Shown: positions 43,420-53,738, counted from the first letter of the stretch. The stretch is DNA of 64,000 nucleotides from an uncultured Verrucomicrobiae bacterium (GCA_963706955.1 CAVPOC010000003.1:32001-96000); one strand, 5' to 3'. Numbers and translations are program-made. Notes: a model not told the origin generated them from the sequence alone.

Positions 43420-43791
43420 TTAGGCAGAAAAGCTTTCGCCGCACGAGCAATGGGCGACCGCATTCGGATTCGAGACCTTGAATCCCCCCTTTTGGAGATC
43501 GTCGCTAAAATCGAGCTCCGAGCCACTGACAAAAAGAGCGCTCTTCGGATCGATGACCACTCGCACCTGGTTAGACTCCACCAGAATGTCGCGATTTGCG
43601 GGTCCATCGACGAGGTCCATCTTGTACTGAAGCCCAGAACAGCCCCCACCGATCACTGACACGCGCAAGGCGCCAAACGCCCGGCCCTGCCGCGCAAGCA
43701 AAGCACGCAACTTCGCACTCGCGGCATCCAGGACGCGAATCAGTTTCTCATTCCCAATCCGATAGTTGACCGGCCCAGTCGCGGCTTCCAT
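43420..43791 (-). CDS. iscA: A-type Fe-S carrier (IscA/SufA/HesB family)
   Basis: GGGCSGLQY, NPNAVAHCSCGESF. Confidence 0.92.
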   Translation of the reverse strand: MEAATGPVNYRIGNEKLIRVLDAASAKLRALLARQGRAFGALRVSVIGGGCSGLQYKMDLVDGPANRDILVESNQVRVVIDPKSALFVSGSELDFSDDLQKGGFKVSNPNAVAHCSCGESFSA

Positions 43792-43877
43792 CGTTCAAAA
43801 CTACTGCCGGGAAAGAAACCCGCAAGCCGCAGGTGGCTATCACGAACAAACAATTCAATACTCTACTTTTCACTTGT

Positions 43878-43898
43878 TATTGAGATTAGTTCTCAATA
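43878..43898. promoter_or_regulatory. Fur-box-like palindrome
   Basis: TATTGAGA-TTAGT-TCTCAATA (perfect 8-bp arms) in an AT-rich stretch between the divergent iscA and AraC genes. Confidence 0.7.
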
Positions 43899-43909
43899 TC
43901 TGTCTCCTC

Positions 43910-44839
43910 GTGTTGCACAGGGAAGACTTTTGCGAGAAGCGCGTTTGGGGCGGGGTTGAGGGGGAATGGAGGCCATTGTTTGGAAGTCTCGCGAGTGAAG
44001 GCGTGAGTGTGGAGTGGCATGATTTTGAATGTGCGAAAACCCTCGACTGGTCGAAGAGTTTCCATCCGGAAAGTTTCGAGATTTGCGTCAATTTCCAGGG
44101 GTGTGGGACAATTCACGAGCATCCTGCGATTACCACCATCGTGAACCCTCAACGGGTGGCTTATTACGCTGCAGATGAAACACGTTTGAGAGCCGATCGG
44201 CACGCTGGGCAGAGACATCGCTTTCTTACTGTGGAGATGTCACGCCACTGGCTGCACGAGGCGGTCCAGGGGCACGAGAGCGTTCTCAATCGCGAAGCCC
44301 AGGGCTTCCTAGATGGAAAGGCACGCCTTCGAACTGCGCGCGAGCAACCGCTTAATCCGCGCGTTCGCCGTAGCGCCGAGGAAATGCTCCAGCCACCCCT
44401 TCATGGTCTCGGAGCCGGATTTTGGTTCCGAGCCAAGATTCTCGAAATCAGCGCCCTTATCCTGGTCGAACCGACCGAAGAACTCTTCTGTCAAAGACAC
44501 AAGCGACTGGCTCTTGAACGAGTCGAGCGCGTGAAGCACGCTCTTGCTCGTGACCTCGAAAACCCGCCGAGCCTTTCCGAGTTGGGGCGTGAAGTAGGTT
44601 GCAGTCCCTTTTATTTGAGTCGCATCTTCTCAGAGCATACCGGCCTGACAATCTCGCGCTATCTCCGCAACTTGCGCCTCGAGCGGGCCGCAGAGCTGCT
44701 CCGAAGCGGACGCTCCAATGTCACTGAGGCGGCCCTGGCAGTGGGCTACTCTAGTCTGAGCCATTTCTCGAAAGCCTTTGCCGAAATGTTTGGAGTCTGT
44801 CCCTGCGTGTTCCCCTTCAACCGAAGGGCCGTCCGCTAG
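43910..44839 (+). CDS. AraC-family transcriptional regulator (PchR-like)
   Basis: PPSLSELGREVGCSPFYLSRIF, NVTEAALAVGYSSLSHFSKAF. Start uncertain. Confidence 0.9.
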   Translation: MLHREDFCEKRVWGGVEGEWRPLFGSLASEGVSVEWHDFECAKTLDWSKSFHPESFEICVNFQGCGTIHEHPAITTIVNPQRVAYYAADETRLRADRHAGQRHRFLTVEMSRHWLHEAVQGHESVLNREAQGFLDGKARLRTAREQPLNPRVRRSAEEMLQPPLHGLGAGFWFRAKILEISALILVEPTEELFCQRHKRLALERVERVKHALARDLENPPSLSELGREVGCSPFYLSRIFSEHTGLTISRYLRNLRLERAAELLRSGRSNVTEAALAVGYSSLSHFSKAFAEMFGVCPCVFPFNRRAVR

Positions 44840-44945
44840 TCTTCAAGTCGCGGCTGTGAGCCTCGCCTTAAGCGGCTTGCAGCTTAGTCCCTTACGCCAA
44901 GGACGACAAGAAGGTGGAATCTTCCGGTGCCACGGTGCATAGTTC

Positions 44946-44961
44946 CGGCACGAACAATGCG
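44946..44961 (+). promoter_or_regulatory. Putative sigma-54 promoter
   Basis: CGGCACG-AACA-ATGCG with exact GG-N10-GC spacing, about 120 nt upstream of the 45083 gene. Confidence 0.45.
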
Positions 44962-45082
44962 ACGATCGATCTTACTGACACGGGAAATGACGCCTTTTGG
45001 CTGGGGAGCAAGGCTTGCGTGAGCGCGCTCTCGACCGACTCTCCACTGCCGTAACGCCGCTTTTTCGGTAATTTTTTTTAGT

Positions 45083-48000
45083 ATGGACTTGGAAGTGAAT
45101 ATTCCTGACGAACGTCTGGCGCAGTTGGATCGTCACTTTGATGCGATTCAGGCGATCATTTTGGCGCGCCAACATCCCGTGACCGGTCTGCTGCCGGCAA
45201 GCACCGCCGTCACGGTGCACGGAGATTACACCGACGCCTGGGTGAGGGACAACGTCTATAGCATCTATGCGGTTTGGGGGCTCGCCTTGGCCTATCAACG
45301 ACATGCACCAGATCATCGGCGGGCCCGGGAATTGCAACACGCCGTCGTCCGTTTGATGCGTGGTTTGTTGGCTTCAATGATGAGCCAGGCGGGAAAAGTT
45401 GAACGATTCAAACATACCCAAAATCCCTTGGATGCATTGCATGCGAAGTATGAGACGTCCACCGGACGGCCAATCGTGGCAGATGACCAGTGGGGCCATC
45501 TCCAACTAGACGCCACATCACTCTACTTGCTGACGCTCGCCCAGATGATCGCCGGAGGCATCGACTTGATCTGGAGTCCGGTCGAGGTCGCCTTTATTCA
45601 GAACCTGATCTACTACATCGGCCGTGCTTATCGCACCCCGGACTACGGAATTTGGGAGCGAGGCCACAAGATGAATCGCGGTAACCGCGAGATCAATTCA
45701 AGCTCTGTGGGCATAGCCTTGGCGGCGCTCGAGGCCCTCGATGGTTTTAACCTCTACGGCTCGCGCGGGGACCGAACAACCCAAGTGCACGTCCTCCCTG
45801 ACGAGATTGCCCGCGCCCGAACAACGCTCCACAGTTTGCTACCCTGGGAATCGGCCTCTAAGGAGGTCGATGCGGCCACATTAGCCGTCATCGGGTTTCC
45901 CGCTTTTGCGGTCGACGACGAAGAACTTACCGAAAAAACGCGTTCGAAAATCGTTGAATGTTTGCAGGGTCGCTACGGTTGCAAACGCTTCCTTCGCGAT
46001 GGACATCAAACCGTCCTGGAAGATACCAACCGACTGTATTACGAGCCGAGTGAGCTGAAGATTTTCGAGTCCATCGAGTCCGAGTGGCCGCTTTTCTTCA
46101 CTTACCTGCTTCTGGATGCACACTATCGGGGGGAGAGCGAGACGGCCGCCGAATATCGCACGCGCTTGGAGAACCTCGAGCAGAAGCGCGACGGCGTCGG
46201 GCTTTTGCCTGAGCTCTATTACGTTCCTGACTCCAGCATCGAGGCAGAAAAGAAAAATCCCGGCAGCCAAACACGCCTGCCCAACGAAAATGTTCCGCTG
46301 GTGTGGGCTCAAAGTCTCTGGTGGTTAGGCCAGATGCTGGAGGATGGTCTTCTCGAGCCCAGCGATCTGGATGCTCTGGGACGCCACCGACGGCGAGAAA
46401 CACCTCCTGTTGCTGTTCAAGCCGCTGTTCTTGCGGAGGATCTGCAGACCCAAGCCCACCTGGCGGACTTGGGTATCGTAGTCGAACGCGTGGATGAGCT
46501 GGACACGATCGAACTGAGACCGGCGCAGGAACTGGCCCGGTTTTATGCGTCGCAAGGAGCGATTCCCACATTGGGACTGACCGGTCGGCCCCAGCGTCGC
46601 CTAAGGACTCTGACGACCTCGCGGCTCTACAGACTACGCGATCGTCGATTGGCATTTGCCCCTTCGCTGCTCGCCGATCAGGATTACCTCGCTATGGATA
46701 TGGCGATTCTCGCCCAGCGCCTGCGCGGCGAGGTCGCCTATCTCTCACGCAACTGGCGGGGCCAGGGTCGTCCAACCTTAGTTGTTCCCTTAGGCCAGCG
46801 ACACATCGAGTCCAAGAGCGAGCACTTGATCTCTTTGCTCCAGGAATGGCGCGACGGGCAGTGCGGTCCGGTGACAATGCGTCTCGGTTCTCTGACGCAG
46901 CTGCTGCCGTCGGCAACCTGGATGTCCTTGGAGAATATCGGATCGCTGCCCGAGGCGAATCTTCCGCCCGGCGAAGCGCCTGCTCCGAATTTGCGACACG
47001 ATCCAAGCGATGACGCGCCGCTCAGTGCAGCGGAAGAACTAAGCTTGGAGCTCGAGGGAGAGCAGGACCGATCGCGGCTGATACAGCGGCTGCAAGCGAG
47101 CGCCAACCTTTATGAACAGGCAGAGTGCCTCCAGGGTCTGGTGCTCTTGCTCGGGAGAGACGCAGAAATTCCGTGGTCAGATGCCAATGGCAACGCTCCG
47201 CCCGACGCAAGTGGGTCCATCCGGCTGGAGGCGTTTTTGGAACGCCTTTGGAAAGAAGCCAGTTGGGGAGGTCATTGGAGTGTGCTTCGGCGAGTCGCCG
47301 GATTGCGAGACTGGGTCGATGCTGGTCTGGAAGAAGCTGTCACCAACCTGTTGATTCGCCAAAAGCAGGTCCTCGTCGGCAAGGCTTACAGTCCGGATTC
47401 TTTGATCAGCGAGCCGATGACTAGCCAGGCGATCGCGGATCGCATTGCCCGATTTTCGCGCGAGGACGTTCGCGAGCGCGTCCTCACCCAGGAAATTCTG
47501 CTGGGTTTGGATGCTTTGATGAAGCTCGATCCCAACGTGCTGGGAGGTTTTCTCACCCTCCGCGTCGGACATTTGATTCTTCTGCTCACCGCGGAGATCG
47601 CAGCGCAATCTCAGCTAACGCAGGACGAAGCTTACGAAAGGTTGCTTAGGTTTTCGCCCTCGGAGATCCAGGCACGCCTTGGCAAAGTTCTCACCGATTA
47701 TGCGGAAGCTGCTGAGTTGCTGAAAACTCAGGAGACACTTAGCGTTAAGCCCGGCTGCGAATTGAAGTGGCATCCGGAAGCGCCGACCGCTGAGACGCCG
47801 TTTCTGGGCTCCGCCGCACCCCCGACCGGATGGATGGATTATCGGGTTCGGGCCGGCGCACTTGGTCAGACTCCGCCAGAATTCTACCCCAGCGTTTGGC
47901 GAATACTCCATCATTGCCGTGGCTTGGTTGTCGGCGACAAGTTGGAACGGCGCAACCGCATGGATAGCGCCTCCTTTTTGGCGGAAATGACCCAAGGCGA

Positions 48001-48346
48001 AAAGAGCTTTGCCTTCGCCGTCGAGCATCTCCTGGCCAAGATCAACGCGCCGGAGTATCGGCACCTGACGATCGAAGCGCTCGTTGCGCTGAGTGAGTTC
48101 TGTCAAAAGAATCGGGACTTTCGCCTTACGGCGCACATCGTTCTCGACGTGTTGATTGGACACGCCGTTCGATTGGCATGGCTAAGGGATCATAGCGAGG
48201 AGACCTACGAAGGCGAGAAAGCGCTGGCCTGGCAGCGCTTCTACGAAGAACCGCCCGCATCGGTGGCCTACTGGATCATCGAAGCACTGCGCCACCTGAT
48301 CAAGCAGGAGAAAACGGCCGACGCTTCGCTGCTTGCCTTGGCTTAG
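45083..48346 (+). CDS. Phosphorylase kinase alpha/beta-subunit homologue (GH15-like)
   Basis: AWVRDNVY, QWGHLQLDATSLYLL, DYGIWERG, GCKRFLRDG, ESEWPLF, LLPELY, PLVWAQSL. 1087 aa. Confidence 0.88.
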   Translation: MDLEVNIPDERLAQLDRHFDAIQAIILARQHPVTGLLPASTAVTVHGDYTDAWVRDNVYSIYAVWGLALAYQRHAPDHRRARELQHAVVRLMRGLLASMMSQAGKVERFKHTQNPLDALHAKYETSTGRPIVADDQWGHLQLDATSLYLLTLAQMIAGGIDLIWSPVEVAFIQNLIYYIGRAYRTPDYGIWERGHKMNRGNREINSSSVGIALAALEALDGFNLYGSRGDRTTQVHVLPDEIARARTTLHSLLPWESASKEVDAATLAVIGFPAFAVDDEELTEKTRSKIVECLQGRYGCKRFLRDGHQTVLEDTNRLYYEPSELKIFESIESEWPLFFTYLLLDAHYRGESETAAEYRTRLENLEQKRDGVGLLPELYYVPDSSIEAEKKNPGSQTRLPNENVPLVWAQSLWWLGQMLEDGLLEPSDLDALGRHRRRETPPVAVQAAVLAEDLQTQAHLADLGIVVERVDELDTIELRPAQELARFYASQGAIPTLGLTGRPQRRLRTLTTSRLYRLRDRRLAFAPSLLADQDYLAMDMAILAQRLRGEVAYLSRNWRGQGRPTLVVPLGQRHIESKSEHLISLLQEWRDGQCGPVTMRLGSLTQLLPSATWMSLENIGSLPEANLPPGEAPAPNLRHDPSDDAPLSAAEELSLELEGEQDRSRLIQRLQASANLYEQAECLQGLVLLLGRDAEIPWSDANGNAPPDASGSIRLEAFLERLWKEASWGGHWSVLRRVAGLRDWVDAGLEEAVTNLLIRQKQVLVGKAYSPDSLISEPMTSQAIADRIARFSREDVRERVLTQEILLGLDALMKLDPNVLGGFLTLRVGHLILLLTAEIAAQSQLTQDEAYERLLRFSPSEIQARLGKVLTDYAEAAELLKTQETLSVKPGCELKWHPEAPTAETPFLGSAAPPTGWMDYRVRAGALGQTPPEFYPSVWRILHHCRGLVVGDKLERRNRMDSASFLAEMTQGEKSFAFAVEHLLAKINAPEYRHLTIEALVALSEFCQKNRDFRLTAHIVLDVLIGHAVRLAWLRDHSEETYEGEKALAWQRFYEEPPASVAYWIIEALRHLIKQEKTADASLLALA

Positions 48347-48629
48347 AGGGATCGGCTTCATCTTCGCAACCGCACTTAGCCTCAATGCAATAGCGCCGGC
48401 GAAGTGCCGGCCCTTCTCATGCGCCTAGCATGAAAGCTGGTTGAACGGCCGACGTCGCAGCTATTTCTGGGGAGCATAGCGCTCCCCAGAATACCCGTGC
48501 AATGAATCCATCTACCTGCCGAGGTGTGTTGTCGCGAGGACGTCCTCATCGTCGAGGGATCGGGTCTCTCGGCGGCGAGGAGGCGCCTAGGCGGCCCGCT
48601 ACAGGGCCTCTAAGCTTTTTTGCGAAAAC

Positions 48630-48663
48630 AAAAGAGGGCGACCAGTTCAGGCCGCCCTCTTTT
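48630..48663 (-). terminator. Intrinsic terminator, possibly bidirectional
   Basis: AAAAGAGGGCG-loop-CGCCCTCTTTT. On the minus strand the stem is followed by TTTTGTTTT, just after the 48680 stop. Confidence 0.75.
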
Positions 48664-48679
48664 CTCGATTGGCAGATAC

Positions 48680-49258
48680 TTACGACTGATCGTCAGACTC
48701 CTGATGAAGTTTCCTGGAATCCTGCTTGAGTTCCCAAGCCTGCTCTCGGAGCTGCTGGGCGTCGTCGAGCACTTTTTGCTGAGCCGGAGTGAGCAGAGTT
48801 CTGATCTCCTGTCGGGTCTCATCCCTCACGGCACGGATTTTCGTCCACTGTTCTTTCCGAATTGCTTCTACCTTCGGTTTACTCGCTTGAATGATCTCCC
48901 TAACCTTTAGCCTCTGCTCGTCGGTGAGATTTAACAGGCGATCAAGCTTCTTCTCCATAGAGCGGTCAGCATGGTGACGATCTCGCCAGTTGCCATGGCC
49001 GCGAAACTTCCCGCGTGAGCCTTCGACGGCGTCGTAGCCGCATGTTTTCTGCGAATCGGAAGACGTTGCCGAAGCTTTCGTTTCGGTCGACGCCGTCGGC
49101 GCCGACGTTGTCGCCTGTTGTTCCGAACCCGGAGTGGAAACTGAGGCTCCCGGCGCAGGAGTAGCCACCGATGTCGGATCTGACGCGGTAGGTTGCGAGA
49201 TGGCAAGAGCTGCCGCACCAACCACCGCTGCCATTGATAAAAGAATTGTCTGTTTCAT
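48680..49258 (-). CDS. Spy/CpxP-like periplasmic protein
   Basis: Signal peptide, S/T-rich linker, LNLTDEQ and LLTPAQQ (LTxxQ motifs). Confidence 0.78.
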   Translation of the reverse strand: MKQTILLSMAAVVGAAALAISQPTASDPTSVATPAPGASVSTPGSEQQATTSAPTASTETKASATSSDSQKTCGYDAVEGSRGKFRGHGNWRDRHHADRSMEKKLDRLLNLTDEQRLKVREIIQASKPKVEAIRKEQWTKIRAVRDETRQEIRTLLTPAQQKVLDDAQQLREQAWELKQDSRKLHQESDDQS

Positions 49259-49349
49259 GCTTTGAGGATGCAACCGCTCGCCGCGCCAATGGTTGCGCAC
49301 TTTTTAGGAATGATGCAGCGCAGGAAACAGCTACGACTGAGACCAGCCG

Positions 49350-50246
49350 CTAGGGCCAGATCTCTAAGTCCTTGAGAACAAATTCTAACTTTTCCGAAGC
49401 GTCACTGAGCGCAAACTCAATCGCACAAGCCGGGAAACCTCCAGCCCGGCAAACCTGCACTCTCCATTTCGAGGCGTTTGCTGATCGATGCAGCGTAATG
49501 TCTGCGAGTTGGTCAAGTCGCAACTGCAAGCCGGTTTTCTCATCGCCGAAATAGATTGAAAACCGATCCTCCCTTAAACGACTCGAGGCGATGCTCAGGC
49601 TCTGCATCAATCCGTCGTTTTCAACCGATATTCGGACCTGAGTTTCTGTCTCGATCATCGCTCTGAAAAGGTCGCGCAAAGTGTCGGTGGAGAGTTGGCT
49701 CGCACGTCGCACCTCAAACGGAGCAGGGCCATCGATGCGGTCGAAAGGTCGCTTCTCCGGTGTAGATCCCGACAGGCACTTCGAAGCCTGATTTATTTTG
49801 AGCCACCAAAGGAACGCTTCGAGATTGGATTCGGATGTGAGGAAGATCTTGTGGATCACCTCGCCGTGAAAATCCTGGAATTCGACAGCGTAGAGCCAGC
49901 CTGCTTCTCGTTGTTCGACCGTGACAAACCCACGCGCCCACCCTGGGAAGAGGAACTTCAAGCCGCGATCGTCGTCCCAGCCGCTTTGGCCACACGGAGT
50001 ACTCCAGATTTCAGGATAGGGACCTAGGTGACCCAAGGTCACACCGCGGTTTACACAAACATAGACGACGCGACCAAATGTCCTTACGCCTCGAAAGAGC
50101 ACGGCCCAACGGGGCAGAAGCGGGATCAACGCGCGCCCGCCAATCACCTGTGCGTTTGCCAGGTTTTCCGCCGCCAGCAAAGGATTGGCGGCAAAAGGAG
50201 TGTCTTCAATCGAGCCGCGGTTGCCAGGCGAAAGTCGAGAGCGCAT
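49350..50246 (-). CDS. HemS/ChuX-like haem utilisation protein (divergent)
   Basis: AVEFQDFHGEVIHKIFLTSESNLEAF, second repeat V.VENDGLMQ..LQLRLDQL. Confidence 0.55.
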   Translation of the reverse strand: MRSRLSPGNRGSIEDTPFAANPLLAAENLANAQVIGGRALIPLLPRWAVLFRGVRTFGRVVYVCVNRGVTLGHLGPYPEIWSTPCGQSGWDDDRGLKFLFPGWARGFVTVEQREAGWLYAVEFQDFHGEVIHKIFLTSESNLEAFLWWLKINQASKCLSGSTPEKRPFDRIDGPAPFEVRRASQLSTDTLRDLFRAMIETETQVRISVENDGLMQSLSIASSRLREDRFSIYFGDEKTGLQLRLDQLADITLHRSANASKWRVQVCRAGGFPACAIEFALSDASEKLEFVLKDLEIWP

Positions 50247-50356
50247 CGGCGTAAGATTCCTGAAAGAGGCCTTTTCGTCTTGCGACCGCTTGCGAAAAAT
50301 TTGCGGAGGCTTGCGGGGGGCTTGACGTTTGTTGCAGCTACACGGAACTTGAGGGC

Positions 50357-50875
50357 ATGCTGATTTCCCAGACTCTCAATGACAAAATCAACGAGCAGAT
50401 TGGATACGAGTTTGCTGCGAGCATCCAGTATACGGCCATCGCGTCCCACTTCGACGCGGAGTCCCTCCCCTTTTTGGCAAGACACTTCTACAAGCAGGCC
50501 GATGAAGAGCACGAACACGCGATGAAATTTATAAAGTTTCTTATCGATGCGGGTGCTCGCGTCGAAATTCCAGCTGTGACCAAGCCGGTGGCGCGCTTCC
50601 CATTCGCCGAGGATGCGGTGAAGCTTTCCCTCGACCAGGAGATCAAGGTCACAGACCTGATCAACGGCCTCATGGATACCGCTTTGCGGGAAAACAATCA
50701 CATCGCCTTTACGTTTCTGCAGTGGTTCGTCACCGAGCAACTCGAAGAAGTCAGTTCGATGGATCAGCTCCTGAAAATTGTCCAACGCGCCGGCGAGGGT
50801 CGCCTCCTCCTCATCGAACAATATCTCGCCGGTTACAAGTCGGCCGGTGCCATTTCCGAGAAAGACGATGAGTAA
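50357..50875 (+). CDS. ftnA: Non-haem ferritin
   Basis: NEQIGYEF, QADEEHEHA, QEIKVT, LQWFVTEQLEE ferroxidase residues. Confidence 0.92.
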   Translation: MLISQTLNDKINEQIGYEFAASIQYTAIASHFDAESLPFLARHFYKQADEEHEHAMKFIKFLIDAGARVEIPAVTKPVARFPFAEDAVKLSLDQEIKVTDLINGLMDTALRENNHIAFTFLQWFVTEQLEEVSSMDQLLKIVQRAGEGRLLLIEQYLAGYKSAGAISEKDDE

Positions 50876-50929
50876 TAGGCGCGCTTTCAGTTGGTGACGA
50901 AATCAACCCTCAACTATCTATCTCTCTCA

Positions 50930-51471
50930 ATGAGCCATCAAACCTCCGCGACGACAACTCGAGACCTCGAGGTCACCCGCATACCGAGTGGCGAAAGAAT
51001 CACCCTGGCGACGGGCACAGAGGTGCTTATCACCCAGGCACTCGGCGGCTCATTTACGATCCTTGTTCCCAGCCAGGCTGGTCTCTACCGCATCGAAGGT
51101 CAGGATGCCGACGTTATCGGCCAGGAGGTCACCCCAGGGTCAGAGACGCCCACCGATGGTGATCTCGAACAAGCTGCTTGGGATCAGCTCAAGACCTGCT
51201 ACGACCCCGAAATCCCCGTCAACATCGTCGACTTGGGTCTGGTGTATTCGCTCAGCATCAAGCCACACCAGGAAGGCGGTAGTGAAGTCAACGTTCAAAT
51301 GACCCTCACGGCACCAGGCTGTGGCATGGGTCCGATCCTCGCCAGCGAAGCACGCCAGAAGATTCTCACCCTCGGCGGCGTCACTGACGCGAATGTTGAT
51401 CTCGTTTGGGACCCCCCTGGACGCCTGACCGAATCAGTGAAGAGGGCAAGCAGAAGCTAGGCATGGTATAA
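50930..51471 (+). CDS. sufT: Fe-S assembly protein SufT (DUF59), frameshift in the C-run near 51415
   Basis: ITQALGGSFT, CYDPEIPVNIVDLGLVY, MTLTAPGCGMG. The corrected end reads WDPPWTPDRISEEGKQKLGMV*. Confidence 0.9.
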
Positions 51472-51547
51472 CCTCCCGCGCCGCAAAAGTTCTTTATAGG
51501 TCGGCGGCGCGCTGGTACTCCTAGCTGCACTCAAACCTGTTTCTCCC

Positions 51548-53047
51548 ATGATTTTTCTCGGCATCGACTGCGGCACCCAAAGCACGAAGACTATTGCTCT
51601 GGATTGGGACACTGGCGAAGTCCTCGCTTCCGCGCAACAGGCCTACGGATTCGTTCCCAATTTGCCGGCCGGCGCAATGGAACAAAATCCTCAGGATTGG
51701 GTTGACGCCGCGGAACAATCCATCGGCGAAGTGATTGCCAAACTCGGCTCACGGAAAGAGGAGATTCGCGGCCTCGGAGTGAGTGGGCAACAACATGGAC
51801 TGGTCGTCCTCGACAAGAATGACCAAGTCGTTCGCCCCGCCAAGCTTTGGAACGACACGACCACTGGGGAGCAATGCGACCAGATCACCGAGCATTTCGG
51901 CGGACCAAACGCCGTGATCGCCCTGGTGGGAAATACCATGCGCACCGGCTATACAGCCCCCAAGATTTTGTGGCTGCGTCAGAATGAGCCCGAAAACTGG
52001 AAAAAAACTGACAGTGTCTTGCTGCCGCATGACTACCTCAACTTTTGGTTGACCGGAGTCAAAAGAATGGAATTTGGCGACGCCTCGGGCACGGCGCTGC
52101 TCGACGTGGAAAGCCGGCAGTGGTCCGCGAAGGTCGTCAACTACATTGCGGAGGACCTGCCGGGGAAGCTCCCGCCGCTTGAATCGTCAACAGCTGCGCA
52201 TGGAGATTTGCGCAAAGAACTCTGCCAGAAATGGGGTCTTTCAACGCCACCTGCCGTCAGCGCGGGTGGTGGTGACAACATGATGGCGGCCATCGGCACC
52301 GGCAATATCCAGCCTGGTGTGGTCACGGCAAGCCTGGGAACCTCGGGAACTCTGTTCGCCTTTTCCGCAGTGCCAATCATCGATCCCCGTGGCGAGGTGG
52401 CTGCATTTTGCGACAGTACCGACAATTGGCTGCCGCTTGTTTGCACGCTAAATCTTACGCTTGTCACCGAGCATGTCCGCAAGCTTTTCGGCTGGGATTA
52501 TTCGCGGCTGGAAGAGGAGATTCGTTCGGTGCCGGCCGGCTGTGGTGGCCTTCTTTTGCTCCCCTATCTGACGGGTGAGCGCACGCCCGACTTGCCTAAT
52601 GGGACCGGCGTATTCCACGGTCTGAACCTAGCGAATTTTACACCCGCGTATATGGCTCGCGCGGCCTACGAGGGAGTTACTCTCGGCCTCGGTTATGGTC
52701 TGGCACGCTTCCGCCAACTTGGCATGAATCCTTCGGAAATTCGTCTAACCGGAGGCGGCAGCAACAGCCGCCTCTGGCGGAAAATGTGCGCGGACATCTT
52801 CGGTGTGCCAACGGTTTGCTTGCAGAGCGGAGAAGGCGCCGGCCTTGGCGGCGCCGTGCAGGCAGGATGGGTCTGGAACAAGGAACACGGATCCGACGCC
52901 ACCCTGGCTGAGATTTCTGACCGGTTGATCCAACTCGATGAATCCTCCCGCAACGAACCCGATCCCGACGCAACGGCAATCTACGCCGATTCCTTAGAAA
53001 GAACTTCAGCTATCCTCAAGGCCCTCCACGAACCGAAGTTGATCTAG
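51548..53047 (+). CDS. xylB: Xylulokinase
   Basis: GIDCGTQSTK, SGQQHG, WND, GGGDNM, SLGTSG, GERTP, TGGGS. Confidence 0.88.
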   Translation: MIFLGIDCGTQSTKTIALDWDTGEVLASAQQAYGFVPNLPAGAMEQNPQDWVDAAEQSIGEVIAKLGSRKEEIRGLGVSGQQHGLVVLDKNDQVVRPAKLWNDTTTGEQCDQITEHFGGPNAVIALVGNTMRTGYTAPKILWLRQNEPENWKKTDSVLLPHDYLNFWLTGVKRMEFGDASGTALLDVESRQWSAKVVNYIAEDLPGKLPPLESSTAAHGDLRKELCQKWGLSTPPAVSAGGGDNMMAAIGTGNIQPGVVTASLGTSGTLFAFSAVPIIDPRGEVAAFCDSTDNWLPLVCTLNLTLVTEHVRKLFGWDYSRLEEEIRSVPAGCGGLLLLPYLTGERTPDLPNGTGVFHGLNLANFTPAYMARAAYEGVTLGLGYGLARFRQLGMNPSEIRLTGGGSNSRLWRKMCADIFGVPTVCLQSGEGAGLGGAVQAGWVWNKEHGSDATLAEISDRLIQLDESSRNEPDPDATAIYADSLERTSAILKALHEPKLI

Positions 53048-53100
53048 GCTGGTCAAAGACCACGGCTCGCCGGGAAAATTCTTGCAGACACTTTCCTGAA

Positions 53101-53646
53101 ATGCGTCTCGTCCTAGCCGCAACCGGAGCGAGCGGCGCTATCTATCTGCAGCGCTTGATTCATTATTTGGACAGTGCCGAGCACGAACTGCACATTGTCT
53201 TCAGCCCGTACGCAAAGCAGGTCATCAATGAGGAGATCGGCGAACTAAAGCTTCCCGCGGGCATGGTCGAGCATTCCGACAAGAGCATGAATGCCCCCTT
53301 CGCCAGCGGCAGCACGAAGTTCGATGCCATGATCGTAATTCCCTGCTCGATGAGCACGCTTGGTCGCATCGCTCATGGCGTCAGCGAAAGCCTAATCCTG
53401 CGTGCTGCCGATGTGTTCTTGAAGGAACGCCGCAAGCTCATCCTCGTGCCTCGCGAGACCCCGTGGAATCTTATTCACGCTCGCAACGCCCTCGCCGCGA
53501 TCGAGGCCGGTGCAGTCCTTCTGCCCGCCTCCCCCTCGTTCTACACTCGACCAGTCGATCTCGTTGAACTGGCCGACACCGTCGTGTGGCGAATCCTTGA
53601 CCAAATCGGTCTCGACGTTCCCAACGCCCGCCGCTGGAAAGAATAG
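53101..53646 (+). CDS. ubiX: Flavin prenyltransferase UbiX
   Basis: TGASG, ASGS, PCSMSTL, LKERRKLILVPRETP. Confidence 0.93.
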   Translation: MRLVLAATGASGAIYLQRLIHYLDSAEHELHIVFSPYAKQVINEEIGELKLPAGMVEHSDKSMNAPFASGSTKFDAMIVIPCSMSTLGRIAHGVSESLILRAADVFLKERRKLILVPRETPWNLIHARNALAAIEAGAVLLPASPSFYTRPVDLVELADTVVWRILDQIGLDVPNARRWKE

Positions 53647-53681
53647 CTCGCCAACGATACCGCGATCTCCACGTGCTCTAG

Positions 53682-53738
53682 CTAGCGGCCGCGTCCCCAC
53701 GGCCGAGAGACCCCCGGCGATGGGGACATCGCCGCGAC
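53682..53738. repeat. Inverted doublet of REP-like palindromes (family B)
   Basis: CTAG-CGGCCG-CGTCCCCA-CGGCCG ... CGGCGA-TGGGGACA-TCGCCG-CGAC. Confidence 0.7.
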
